From the NCBI GenBank assembly GCA_973895155.1, contig OZ316899.1, positions 15,155,974 through 15,219,973 of the forward strand: a DNA stretch of 64,000 nt, in the 5' to 3' direction. Under the pieces are notes generated by a model that searched no databases, was not told where the DNA came from, and saw only the letters and a list, made by a program, of their open reading frames with translations. Both the position numbers and the translations under genes were made by a program. Of the stretch, positions 37,479 to 49,700 are shown one piece after another. The stretch is from Marsupella aquatica. Its lineage: Eukaryota; Plantae; Marchantiophyta. The stretch's first letter is position 1, and every line of letters begins with the position of its first letter.

Positions 37479-37532
37479 GTCGGGATAGGTCGGCCCTCTC
37501 AAGCTTCCCCCCCCTAAGAACCGTACGTGCAA
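37479..37532 (-). other. Group II intron domain V (3' half) and domain VI fragment, probably organellar
   Basis: The minus strand reads TTGCACGTACGGTTCTTAG, a G run, then AAGCTTGAGAGGGCCGACCTATCCCGAC, matching the group II intron 3' end pattern. Confidence 0.75.
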
Positions 37533-39099
37533 TGATTTACAGAAGTTGAAGGTACACATTTGTCTTGTGATATTGCATTTATTTAGCTACAATTGTCAAT
37601 GACAGAAAATATTAAGTTTTTAGACTCTTTGGCACATTAACATATTTATCCTTCCCTCTTGGATGACAGGTACTTGAAGTGAAGAACGGGGTGGCTATCC
37701 CAACAGGAGTTGGAGAAAGACTTGCAGACTGGCCTATGATTGCTCGGGCAACACCAGCATTCCATGGGAGTCCATATTTTAGCGATGTGATGATTCAAAT
37801 GGAGGCAGAAGGGGATGAACCCTTGACTGAGTATGCGCAAATGAGATTGCTATTTTTGTGTGAACTCGCTTCAACTAATGGAGATGTTGGGAGGAGAGAA
37901 CTTGCTTTGGTAAGGTGGTATGATTGCAGCAAGAGACCAGAAAGAATTACTAGTTGTGTCATCCTCCGACCTGTTTCTGAAATTTTCAATGTGCAGAGCT
38001 CAAGAGATTCTTCCTCTTCAAGGAGACGGCGTAGAGAGCCCTATGCCATCATTCCCATTGCCAACATCCTAAAAGTTGTCCAGCTAATTCCATATTTTGG
38101 CATGGGGGAGCAAAGCCAATTTTTGGTGAATCATTTTAAGTTTTGAATTTGCAGCAGTAGGGAAATCATTGTTGTGACCTGTGAAGGGATAGCGGTAGGT
38201 TTAGCCCGTTGTTGGGTCTTTCACGGATCCTTCATCGTTGCACCTGATCAGAGCAGTGTTGTTGTGCCAGGAGATCATGTGCAGGTTGGGGCTCAATGTC
38301 TTCCCATAAACCTTATATTCACACTTTTTGGATGTGAAGGAAAGGAAGACTCCGTCTCTCTTCCATGCTTTCTTTTCATTTTTGTTCATTTTGGCTGTGA
38401 GGCTCATTCTGGCCATCTTTTTTGTACTTTGATGTAATTTCTGGTCCTCTCACCTTGATCAATGACAGGAGAATGGATTGGCAATGTTGTACATGCAGAT
38501 AAGTGAGTTGGCAAACACAGCAGCAGTGGGCAGTGCCATGTCAAGCACTAGGGGTAGTTTGGGTAGACTTTAGTGGTTCTTAGTCAGCTAGCAGTTGCAG
38601 GAGACATGCGAAGTGCAGCATTTAAAAGGATTGCATGTGTAATCATGGTTGGATTAGTCTTAACTTTCTCAATTACAAAAAGAAGCCCAGTTCAAAAATA
38701 GGAAGACTTTGAGAGAGGACAAGTAAATTTTTTGCCCGAGGAGCTTTGGTTTGAACTATTTGCTATTGTAAACCACAATCCACAATCACAATCCATCAGG
38801 AGGAGGTAGGTTTTGTAAGTTCTGTCCCATAAGTAAACATATGGTAATTATTTAACTGTGTTATGTACCATTATTGATTGAAATGCAGGTTGTGTGGTCT
38901 ACAAGGAAACCATACAATCCCTATTTTGATTTCACCTTTCTTGTTGGAACCAGCTTTTGTTTAAGTCTATAGAATGTAGACATGGGTCCTTGACCCCCAA
39001 AATGATGTCAACTTGAAACTATCAATGACCAGAGCATCACCTAAACCCTAAACATAAAATCTCAACCTGTGAACAGAGCAGCACTTTTCAATGCTTGAA

Positions 39100-39815
39100 A
39101 GTACAATGATCCATCATTGAAATGACAATGAATGAATTGTTGAAGAGGCTGAAACTAAATAAACAGGACATGATGAAATGGTGATGAAATAACAATGAAT
39201 CAATGATATGAAATGACAATGAATGACTATCAAAGAGGCAATGAAATAATAAGGAAATTATGGAATGCTAATGAAATAACAACAATGAAATCATGATGAA
39301 ATGACATTGATATGACAATGAATTATTGTAAACATATCTACAATGAAACAACAATGATTGATCATTGAAAAGCCAATGAGTCAGCATTGAGGTGATAATG
39401 ATTTATCGAGTGATTTATATGTGCAAATAAGTTTACTTAAAAATGGAAACATGGTGATTCAATCATTGCAATGACAATGAATAAGCATTGAAAGGACAAT
39501 GATTTTTCAATGAAACCGTGTATACTTAACTGTTGAAACTTGCTGATTCAAGGCTGATGTAACATTGAACTAAGACTAATGATGAAATAATACTGATCTG
39601 ACAACAATGAAACATCATGAAATCATTGCATATTATTGTAGCAATGAAAGAACACTGAAAATACAATGAAAAGTCACTGATGCAATCAAGGAAAAATACA
39701 AGGCAATGATTCAACATGTAATCCTCAAATAAGCAATGATGACTAATCAACATGATAGGCACAATGTTACAACATTGTTTCATTGTCGTACCCCGCACAG
39801 GTTTTTTCAACAATG
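39100..39815. repeat. CAATGA/ATGAAA-rich degenerate motif array
   Basis: Many CAATGA, AATGAAAT and TCATTG copies in both orientations. Non-coding. Confidence 0.75.
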
Positions 39816-39849
39816 ATTACACAACAAATAACTAGCACCCCAATTTCCT

Positions 39850-42520
39850 GATGTATAACTGCCTCTTGGCACCGCCACAACCTTGTCCACCTCTCCCTCT
39901 AGCTGGTGATTTTACGTTCACAATGGATTCCAGTATAATCTTGTCAGTGACTCCATGGTCAGAATCGAGTCCTAGACCAGGACTTATAGCTCCTGCCACT
40001 CCCCTCAGCTTTCTTGTTGTTGAGCTCTGTACAAGAGAGGAGGATCCTGAGTCCCTCCGCTTCCTTCTTCAAGCAATTCCATGATCCTTGAAGGTATCCT
40101 CATCACAATCCAAGACATCCACCACAACCAATGTAGGAACTGCAGCTAGACAACTCTTCCTCTTGCTTGTTCTAGCAGTCTCAACCTTCACCTTCAGTGG
40201 ATCAAACTTTGAATTCCAGGCTGGGCTATCATCGTCTGTAGCAGTTAGGTCAATGCCATCACCATTGCCCTTTGTCCCACAAGATTGGTTAGCATTGCGC
40301 AATCTTGTAGCTCTATTCTCTACAAGATTGGCACTGCCGACAGCCTCATGATACTATGTAGACTTCTCCACAATTTTCTGCAAATCAAGATCACAAAATT
40401 AATTAGTATCAACAAACTTACATTGAGAAAACATGGTTACTGTAAACAAGTTTGTTTAATATTGAAACAGAATCACAACTATTACCTTTGAAAAATACTT
40501 CATGACTTTCTCATGCTTCAGTGCTAGTCTCTCTCTCCTTGCCTTTAAATTGAGTGGGTTCTTCTTATACAGGTTGCTTAGGCTACGCTTGAAAGCTTCA
40601 GACTGCGCATTGAGACCCAAGTTGTCTACAAGAAGAGCTACATCAGGGTGGGCCATCTGAGGTGCTCCCCAACACTTCAGCCAACCTGGATGGAAGATCT
40701 GAGAACAGGCAACACACCTAGGGGCTAAACCACAATCATCTTGCAGCAACGGTAATAAACAATCGGGATGATAAGTGTGCCCACGGGGTGTGGGAACCCA
40801 ATTGCTACAATAGAAACCAAGAGTACAAACAGGACATTCAGTGATTGGATGAAAACTCACCTCCGTTTGTAGAGGACAAACTACAGTCATGGGCTTCACA
40901 TAAACCGCACCTCTACCAAAGTGCTCCTTCAGTATCGTACATTCTTTGCTTAGTGCTACTTGGACAGTAGTACTCTCTTTCATTTCCGACTCTTTCATCT
41001 TTGTTGTGTTCAAAGCCCCTTCCTCTTCTTTCATCAATCTCAACAAGTCAGTTTTAGTGACCTATAACTCTACGACTGCAGGTGTCCGCTTCTCTATCAG
41101 CACTATCAAGCGCTCCTCGAGTTGAGTACAAGATGAACAGCAATCTACAAATCTCTGCCTCAGTTTCCTGATGGCCTCCTGTAAAATTTCAACAATGCAT
41201 GGAGATCAGGAAAACAAATCAGCCAGGCAGGCACTTAAGCCAAATTATCAAATAAATTTGCATGTACAGGACCCGAGAAGAGCATACTCCATTTTCTTTG
41301 TCGGATGAGGCACCGTCATCCCCTGGCTCCTCCATGAATCTTAGATCATCCGCAATCTCATCCTTTTCTTGAAGCCAAGCCATAAGTTCCGCTTGGATTT
41401 GCTCCACCAAAGCTACTAATGCATCTTGTTGAGCTAGAGCATTCTTCTTCCTAATATTAGCCTCATCTATATGAGCTGATATGCTCTCCAACCTGTGCTT
41501 CCAATGGGCCAACGTAGTTTTCAGCTCTTCAACTTTTGGGCCAAGCTTTGCAAGATCGTCCTCCATAATATAACACATTGAGTTGACATCCCCATCATTC
41601 TCCTTTGGAACTACACTTCCTATACAAGGCAGCAAGGTCATCGCATGAAGTCTCTCCACCTTCAACCGGGCATCATCACCATGTATTGAATGGGGTTCAG
41701 TCTTCCCCTCTGCTTCTTGCACCATTGGCTTTGGCGTAGACTCAACTGCAACAACATTGGACTTATACATGTCCCCTTCTTCCATAGCCTCCACACCAAG
41801 CGAGACGTGCTCTGCGGCCCCAACATTGGAGCTTGGATCAGGCTTCCCCTTGCTCCGACAACTATTGGCCTCCTCTACATCAAGAATTAAGTCTGTCGGA
41901 GGCTTGTACTTGTGCTCAACGCGCTTCCAAGGTGGGACGTTCAGGTCTGACTCCTTCTCTTGGATTTTCCGTCTTCATAGTTGCCCTTCATGTTTCTCAA
42001 CAGCAAAAGCTGCCCAGTTCACCTTCTTCTTCAAAATGCGTTTGAAATAAAGTCCCTTCGCAACTTCCTGTGTGTAAGGCTGGAACTTCTCTATCTCGTC
42101 CAAGGCACAAATGAGCATCTGAATATCCTCAACAGGAATTCCCTTGATCCTGTCCTTCTTGTAGCCATTATGGCCCCCTTTTGGTCCAAAATGTTCTTCC
42201 AACTTCTTCACGGGCACATCAGTAGCAGTTAAACTCTTTAGGGTCCTCCCCTCTCTTGGCAGGCCAATCACATTGTGGAAGTAGTCGATGTCTTTAAATA
42301 AATCTTCAACTTTCCAATCTCTAGACCCATTGCCATTTCCTACATCCCTGTGTAATACCTCGGCCTTCCCCTTCAAACCCTTATCAATTAGCACACCCTC
42401 ACATTTTCCCTTCCCAGGATCCAAAAGTACTACCTCAACTTCTTGCTTATTGGACTCACCTATTGGCTTATCCAATGGACTTACCGTCTGCAAGGCTTCA
42501 CTATCCGCTTCAACCATCAA
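39850..42520 (-). pseudogene. Multi-exon TE-associated gene: PMD-like N-domain, coiled coil, RING-H2 finger
   Basis: VIGLPREG..HNGY..KKVNWAAF (41975-42520); heptad-rich segment (41219-41794); CPVC..(R)GHTYHPDC..CVAC (40456-41046); splice-like junctions near 40485/40378 and 41180. The ends are approximate. Confidence 0.6.
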
Positions 42521-43389
42521 ACTATATGCCTCACACTTTGTGTTTCTTGCTAAGACACACCGCAGACCGCCAATAGCAATCCTACATTTTCTAGATGATA
42601 GTGCTACTCTGACTTAAAACAATGGGGATCATGAAGATTGCAAGCTCAACTGAAGTTATGTCTTAAAATTGTAGCAAAGATACGAGTCTCCCAAATGAAT
42701 GTCTCCACATTCAAACTTACTGATAGTGGAGCCTGCGCGCGCTAAGGAGGTTTTTGCTCACGTCCGGCCCCGGCCTAGGTGACTGCTTCCTTTGCAATAA
42801 GCTCTCAACTACAGCTTGACGATTCCTCTAACATTTCTGCACATGAAATGCATTAGCCGAATCAATCTCAAATCAACTTGTAGTTCACTGCAAGTTACTG
42901 AATGTTCAATGTGGCCATATGCAAAGCAAAAATCACACGTCGATAATTGATTCTGACTCCAGACAACGGGAACATCATACACCAATTTCATAGAAGTAGA
43001 CGAGAACAGAGTCCACCCTCCACCATCGATTGTTGCCAAGTCTCTAAGGACTGAACTCCTTGCGGCCACAAAACGCGCAGCCTTTCGGTAGGAAACAAGA
43101 ATGAACAAAGGGGGAATTCGTAGCGGGACTTCTACTTGTTCCCCCCCCCCCCTTGGTCCAAGTTCCCTAAATGGCCTAGATGCTCCCTTTGTTGTTCCTC
43201 TTCTCTGAGCCCTTGATTTGGATGTGCAATTTGGCGGTAGCTTTGAATCCATTTGCTTAATGTTCACCTACCTTTCCTTTGTCCCTTGACCATCGATGTA
43301 ATACAAACCCTCCTTAGTTCTTGCCCGTGTGTGCCCAATCATGTGAAGCAAATGTTTCATTTAATTACCTTCTAAGTACTATTTGATGG

Positions 43390-43979
43390 TATTATAAGGG
43401 TACTAATATTGTCAGGTTTAGACCCCCTTTACCTTGCTTTTGACCAGTGGGTGGGTGAATCCTCATGCCAAACCCACACGGATGATCCAAAAGATCATCC
43501 AAACATTGTTTGAACCAGGGGATTTTATTCTTGACTTTTTCTCTAGCGATCAAGTGATGAAAACATCCCTTTTTTCTCAATGTGAATGTTTTGTTTATTG
43601 TGACTCTCAACATGAGAGACATTTTGTGGAAGCATACGCTTTGTTCCTTTGCAAGAGGGTTCCCACCATCAAAGATCGTTATGATTATGCCGGTGGAAGT
43701 TCTAGACATTGGGAACCCAAAACTGGTGCTGTTGCTATTCAGGATGAATCAGATGGTGATTGGGAAGATGGGGCTGACCAATCAGTCAAAGGTGATGGGC
43801 CATTGGAGGGGGCATATGTGAAGAATTTGGATGACCAAGTTGGTGAGGGTGAAAATATTGACCTTGTCGAAGACAATATGATTGTTGGATATGCACCTTG
43901 CAATTCACCAATTACCAATGTCGCCCCCATGGGCCCCAACAAGGGCCAGTTTGATGATAACTTGGATAGAGATGGTCTC
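43390..43979 (+). pseudogene. Remnant of an amino (N6-adenine/N4-cytosine) DNA methyltransferase-like gene, C-terminal motifs X-I
   Basis: TNIVRFRPP..GWVNPHAKPTRMIQKIIQTLFEPGDFILDFFSSDQV resembles HPxQKP..LI...PGDxVLDPFxGSG. An acidic tail follows and is cut by the LTR at 43980. No DPPY motif seen. Confidence 0.55.
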
Positions 43980-45473
43980 AGTCGCGGAACTCGACTACCT
44001 TAACACTTAGCTCCGACATCGCTGACTCCAACGCCGAGCTCCCTTATGGTCCAGGCCCGGATAGGCCATCCGGGGAGGACTTAGCATGGGGAGACTTGTG
44101 GGCAATGAGACGTGGCACTAGCGAGGCAAGGAGCCAAGTTGGGGGCACACACTAAGGACTTGGACTAGCCTATGGCTGGTTGGGTCAAGGGGAAATGGGT
44201 CGGGCTCAAGGATGGCCGTGCGGACTTTCGGATGGACTTTGAGTTCTGAGGGCTTGGGAGTGAGCTCCTCTTGGGCCCAAGGCCAATGGAGTTGACGCCT
44301 TTGGCAACGGACGCTTGGGGCGCAAGTTGTGGCCCGATCCAAGTTGGGCCGGTCGGGGGCCTCGAGAGGCAATCTGACCTGAGGGCCTAGGCATGAGCAC
44401 TGGGTCGGCCCAGTCACAACGGGCTAAGGCACTCCGCTTGCAGATGCCTATCAAGAAAGTTATGGGCGTTGCTAGTTGGTGGCGCACCCATTATGCGCGA
44501 TGGGATCCGGGTTGGGGGCCAAATGTTTAGGGACCAAAGCTGGTCCGGGGGTGGCAGGTCTCCAGAAGCATATATGAGGGGAGTGATGTCTCCCTGGGGG
44601 CTAAGGGCGAGCCGAAGTCGTGAGTCGCAACGATCGCGACACTAAGGGAAACCGCCAAACGGAAATGGCGATATCTTCCCAACGGGAAGTCCGTTGGAGG
44701 ACTTCTTAGGTGCATTGGAAAGCTCTTCAAGAGGGCTACGCCCTCCTGAGCTCAACTGGGTTTGGGGGTGCCATTGGTTCTCGTGGCTTGCGGGTGTTAG
44801 CTCGCCCGCTTGCCAAATCCTGTTGAACAGCAGCCAAGCCGCGTTCAGTCTCCCAAGGGAGCTTGCGTTGGGGAGGCAAGGCCAAGTAAGTGTGGAGGCT
44901 GAGTTCCAAGGGTGCTTGGCCCCTAGACCACCAGTGGGGCAAACCAGGAGCGGTTGCTAGAGTCAGGGCCGTTCTGGGCCCGACGTGTTGGGACAAGCTT
45001 GGGACAAGCTTTAGGACAAGCTACTCTATTTGGGCCATGAGCATGTCCTGAGGTCAGGGCGGTCAGTTGGTGATGGATAGGTACGAGGGGGAACCCGGGC
45101 CGCGCCCAAGGAAGGAGCTATTCTAGACGAACAGTGGGCGTGGGTTCTGGCTCCGGCTTATGGCATGGGGAGGACCTATCGCTGACCTATTTACCAACGT
45201 CTGTTGAGCTTGAGTTAGGCTGCTAGACTTGGCAAGTTCTAGATCCTAAAGGGTTACTTACCGAGGTGTTTGGTTGCTTGTGCAGATAGGGAGGACCGTT
45301 GAGTAGCGGTCGTGTTAGAGAGCAAGTGCGGCTTCGTATGGGAGGGGTCGTTGGCGGTGCAAGGGGCACTAGGTTGCTTGCTTGAGGTATTTTGTGGAGG
45401 CGTTCGGGCACCAAGGGCACTTAGGCGTGAGTGCTGGGATTGGTGAGGGCGCTGGGTGGCAAGGTCCACCACT
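43980..45473 (+). repeat. Complete chromovirus-family LTR (1494 bp, AGT...ACT)
   Basis: Starts AGTCGCGG and ends CCACCACT, followed by TG and a PBS. Homologous to the partial copies elsewhere in the window. Confidence 0.93.
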
Positions 45474-45475
45474 TG

Positions 45476-45487
45476 TGGTATCAGAGC
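45476..45487 (+). promoter_or_regulatory. PBS for initiator tRNA-Met
   Basis: TGGTATCAGAGC, 2 nt after the LTR end. Confidence 0.92.
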
Positions 45488-45618
45488 GATTGTTGGCATA
45501 GACACTGGGCCGGGGTTGTACTAAGTCAGAATCCAAAAATCTTAACCAATTTTTGCGGGGACTTAGTGCTTCAACGTGCCCGACGGGTTGACTGCGGGCA
45601 GATTTGGTCGTTGGGAAC

Positions 45619-45900
45619 ATGGCTAAAAACACTCAATCAAAGAGTGGCAAATAGGCTCCCCCCACCAAGGGGAGAGCCCAAGTTCAAGATGAACAAAAGG
45701 AGGACGGGTTGACTTCCCTAGACAAACGTTATAAGCAGGACGAAGAAGATGCAACGGCCAAACCATGACCGCTGCGGCGAACACGTCAAGTGCAGAGCGC
45801 CGTTGACTTAAAGGGAAGGAGGTGGCTGATCCTTCAGAGGACAGGTCGGATGACGACGACTCCAACGCAAAAGGAACACTAGAAGAATCCGAGGTGAACT
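45619..45900 (+). pseudogene. gag: 5' remnant of chromovirus gag (copy D), truncated
   Basis: Homologous to the minus strand of ~25030-25310 (LKGKEVADP vs LKGKEVANP). Confidence 0.75.
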
Positions 45901-45904
45901 GAGA

Positions 45905-46230
45905 CCGCAATATGTGACTCATTTTGGCTCATGTGACTTCATTGTGACTCAACGTGACTTGACCCACGTTATGACCCTTGGAGTTGCAAAAGTTGAGACC
46001 AAAAAAGGGAAGTCACTATTGATACTGGGCGTTGCAACTTGCTTGATACCCATTTGTGACTGATCTGTGACTTTATTGTGGAGTCTAGCCTTGTTTCTAC
46101 GTGACTGCAATATGACTTCAGCGAGTCACATCGTAAGTCACATACATGACTTACCCGCATTCAACAACAACTAGCGTGTGACCATTTAGTGTCACATGAG
46201 AGACTAATGGAGACCCTGGCCCGCGTCACA
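45905..46230. repeat. GTGACT/AGTCAC motif array, possible CACTA subterminal repeats
   Basis: Dense (T/C)GTGACT and GTCAC(A) copies in both orientations, just 3' of the TnpA-like gene. Confidence 0.65.
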
Positions 46231-46731
46231 CAACAGAACCATTTGGGACTCTATATACTCATGTTTATAACTAATAAGGTTCACATGCAAGTTATAACCA
46301 TGACTAATGAACACAGAGGGATAGTTCATAAGGAGAGAGAGCACTCCATATTACAATACATAGAAACCTGATGTTCTAACTTTAGAAATATAACACATTG
46401 AATACAAGAAATGAACATAGCATGAATGACATCCACATGAAACAAAGCATCATATAAGCAGATCCTACATAAAACATTCATAAGAATTAAACACAATCAC
46501 AATCTTGCTAAAAAATGAAGATCATTTGAATTCCAATGGAATAGTTTACAATGTGATCAATGTAATTCAGACAAAACAGGAACTCATAATTGATGACTGC
46601 AGGATGAGATAACTGAAAGCACATGCATGATACTATGAATCTCCAAGAGGACATGATTCTTGTACTGCTTCTTGACATCTAAAATCTACATAACATGACT
46701 CACACTACAAACAAATAATGGCATGACATTG

Positions 46732-49700
46732 TCATGGATCCTCTATGAACTTGCTTGGCCATAATACCAAAGAACCTGCAGCATCTCCAAGTGTCTTTTG
46801 AGGAGGATCATCATTTGTGTTTGGAATGGGAAGGACAACTTTAGGTTTCACTAGTAATGTGACTAACACTACTGAATAACCTGGGGGAATCCTCTTGCCA
46901 TGGAACGTTGTGGAACCAACCTGCACTCTGCCAAATCCTACTCGTGTTCCATTCTCATCAACAGCTAACAAGCCACTTTGTCCCTCAGCATTAGGTGCTT
47001 TCCCCACTTCCACCTTAGATCTTTCTGCCAGCACCATTCTTGGAGGTTTGTATGAAACCTTTGACGTGGCTCTGCTCCCACCAGCAGACTTGCTTCGTGT
47101 GCGCATGCTTCCTCTCTTCATAGTAGTGAAGCTAGGCTCAGTAGGTTCCTTTGTTAGGACTGTCACAGTAGCAGGTTCATCACCTGGGAGTGTCATACCA
47201 ACTAACTGTTTGGTTGGATTTATCTCAACAAGAGGCACACCTGTCATTGAGAATGATACATTCTGCAAATCATTTATCTCTGCAATGGAGTCAAGATCTA
47301 CATAGCATGAATCTGGCTCAATGGTATCATTGTCATGCTTGCTGATATCCTCATTTGCCCCAACATTGATATCATCCACTCCCTTGCCAATGTCATCCTC
47401 ATCCAAACATGGTTGACTGCCCTCTGTCAAACAAGTTGCTTGTACAGACTGCAACTTTGTTGCCTCTAAATTACAGCGAGTATTTGCCAGGTTCTCATAC
47501 TTCTTCTCTGTAGCACCTATCTTATTCTCTATGGACACAACAACCACAATATATGTTACTGAAAATAACACATTCAACAAACAATGTCAATTCAAACTAT
47601 ACATTTAATAATCATATCCCACACAATTGTAAAGGCCTTACCTTCAAGCCTACATGTCGTTGGCATGCCAGAAGAGTGCATCGACTTTGCCACCTCAAGT
47701 GGTGATGGTGGAACTCCTGCAGAATTGGAATCAATTTATCTCTCACCGACACAACAGCTTCCATTAATGTCTTGAAGTTCACATGGAACAAGTCAGTCAA
47801 TGAATTCAAACGTTCATTGATCTCTGGAAGACATGTTTCGACAGCCTTCAAACGACCACTTATCTCTGTAAGTGAAGATCCACCTCCCTACATGACACAG
47901 GGGTATAGGTTCAATCACTCCATATGAAATGTTGGGCAATATATGCACAATCAATGTTATATACAGTGTACACCTGAAATTCAACGCGGGTCATTCAATT
48001 ACCAATCAGAACTCATATAACTTACATGCTTGGAGGATTCAGATGCACCCTCTTGAGCTCGGGTGTTCACAATTTCAGCCCTCAACTCTTCTTTTGAAGG
48101 GCTTTGCCCCAATTGGGCTTTCTGCACATGCATGGCAAACACAAGTTATCGATCAATATTCAGGGAACGTACACTAAAAAACAAAGTTTACATGTATGGG
48201 TTTACACTAAAAAACAGTACACAGTGTAGCATAAATTACATAGCTAGGCCATTCATTCTTACCAAACGTTTAGCTGTCGGTGCAGTGCCGGTCCTTCCTG
48301 TCAGATTAGGGTTCTGAACACTCAACCTGGCCTCGGTCATCTGTGAACTCTTCTTTTTTGAAGCATCTGTTACAAAATAAGCTACTAACCTTGCCCACAC
48401 TTTATCATCACAACTGGCTGGTGGAGGCATATCTGGCTTCTCCCCACCTTCCTTCCAAGCCTTATGCATTCTCCACCTCTCTTGCTTGATGATTTTACCT
48501 GTTGTACTCTCTAGGCAACCTATGTCCACGCCATCATCACTGCCCACATAATTCCATTTGGCAACAACATTTTCACATACAGTCTTCCAATCTTTTGGAT
48601 GTTGTTTTTTAAAATTAATAACACTCACATCTAACCAACGCAATACTTCAGCTTTCAAATCAGCATGCCATCGGTTCTTGCGAGGACACTCAACATCCAC
48701 CCATTGTCTCTCATTCAACTTTACGTTCCCTTTCTTTGTCACCTCCCCTCGTGCACTGCTCTTGGTAGTACTGGGCGTTGTATTGGCCACCCCTTCATTC
48801 ACCCTACCTGGGGTTCTGAAGCCACCTGGGAAAATACAATGCCATTCATGCTTGAGAACTACATACAGCAGAACAGATGACGACAACATTCAATGCTTCA
48901 CTTCAAGAAAAATTCTTCAAACATACATACCTGTAGCTCTGCCTGTAGATGCCTGTGCAGGGACTGCACTCTGAAATTGTTGCGACCCTGGACCACCTGT
49001 CCAGCCTAGTACAGGGGCCGGATGATGTCACTTTCTAGGTATGTGTGTGCAAACATATGTACTGAAAACTAAGTACAAACTGTAGGAAAACAACTGAACA
49101 TTCACCGACATACCTGTCCCCCTTCCGTGCTGCATCTGCATAGGGGCATTAGTGAATACTTGAGTCAATGGTTCGACTGTCCAACCTGCACACATACATT
49201 TTCTATCATTATACATGTGCAGAATCCCCCCCACATGAATGGACTCCAGATATAATGAGTTCTTCCATTGCTGACAAGATCAGACATTACCTGCCCCTCT
49301 TTCAACGTTTGTAGGTACTGTATTTTGATATCCTTGCCAATTACCTTCACCACCTTCCCAACCTTGTTCATTCCACGACCCACCACCATCCTCCCAACCT
49401 GGTTCAATCCATGTCTGTCCTTGTGGACATTGGAACTGATCATTACTAGCATTTGCCCAATCAGGTTGGGCAGAATCTGCATGCAATGGTAGGTGGACAG
49501 AATTTCATGTTGTCTGAATCCAATACATCCCAAACAATGTCAAAAATTGATATGCAGTTTGAAATTCAGGAGTGCCATGCCTTCACAAAGAACTGGCATA
49601 TAGATATATACTCACATCCCCATGGTTGAGGTGGACGTCCAAACCCACGAGATTGTGGGTTTGGACCTGCTCTGCCTCTACCACGGGCATAACCTAGAGC

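Larger units (their letters stand above)
28429..38146 (+). pseudogene. Plavaka-type (CMC/CACTA-related) transposase pseudogene with spliceosomal introns
   Basis: After removing insertions: N-terminal CDICG..ALASHKTTSQAC zinc finger, TGDWWRQMQ, IILYSDQT..YPLMISLANI, FPLLYGYVGDHPE..PCSVC, DKMHQFELGLFK, KIHAM..IRRSG..YSTNLYEHLH..PYHASNKK and ATPAFHG. GT-AG introns at 35687-35795, 36086-36200 and 37007-37133, plus one starting at 35287. Confidence 0.8.

Noticed and set aside
42809-43267. 152-aa minus-strand ORF with CDFC..GH.EH
   Set aside because: It may be a coding remnant, but I cannot assign a family or boundaries.
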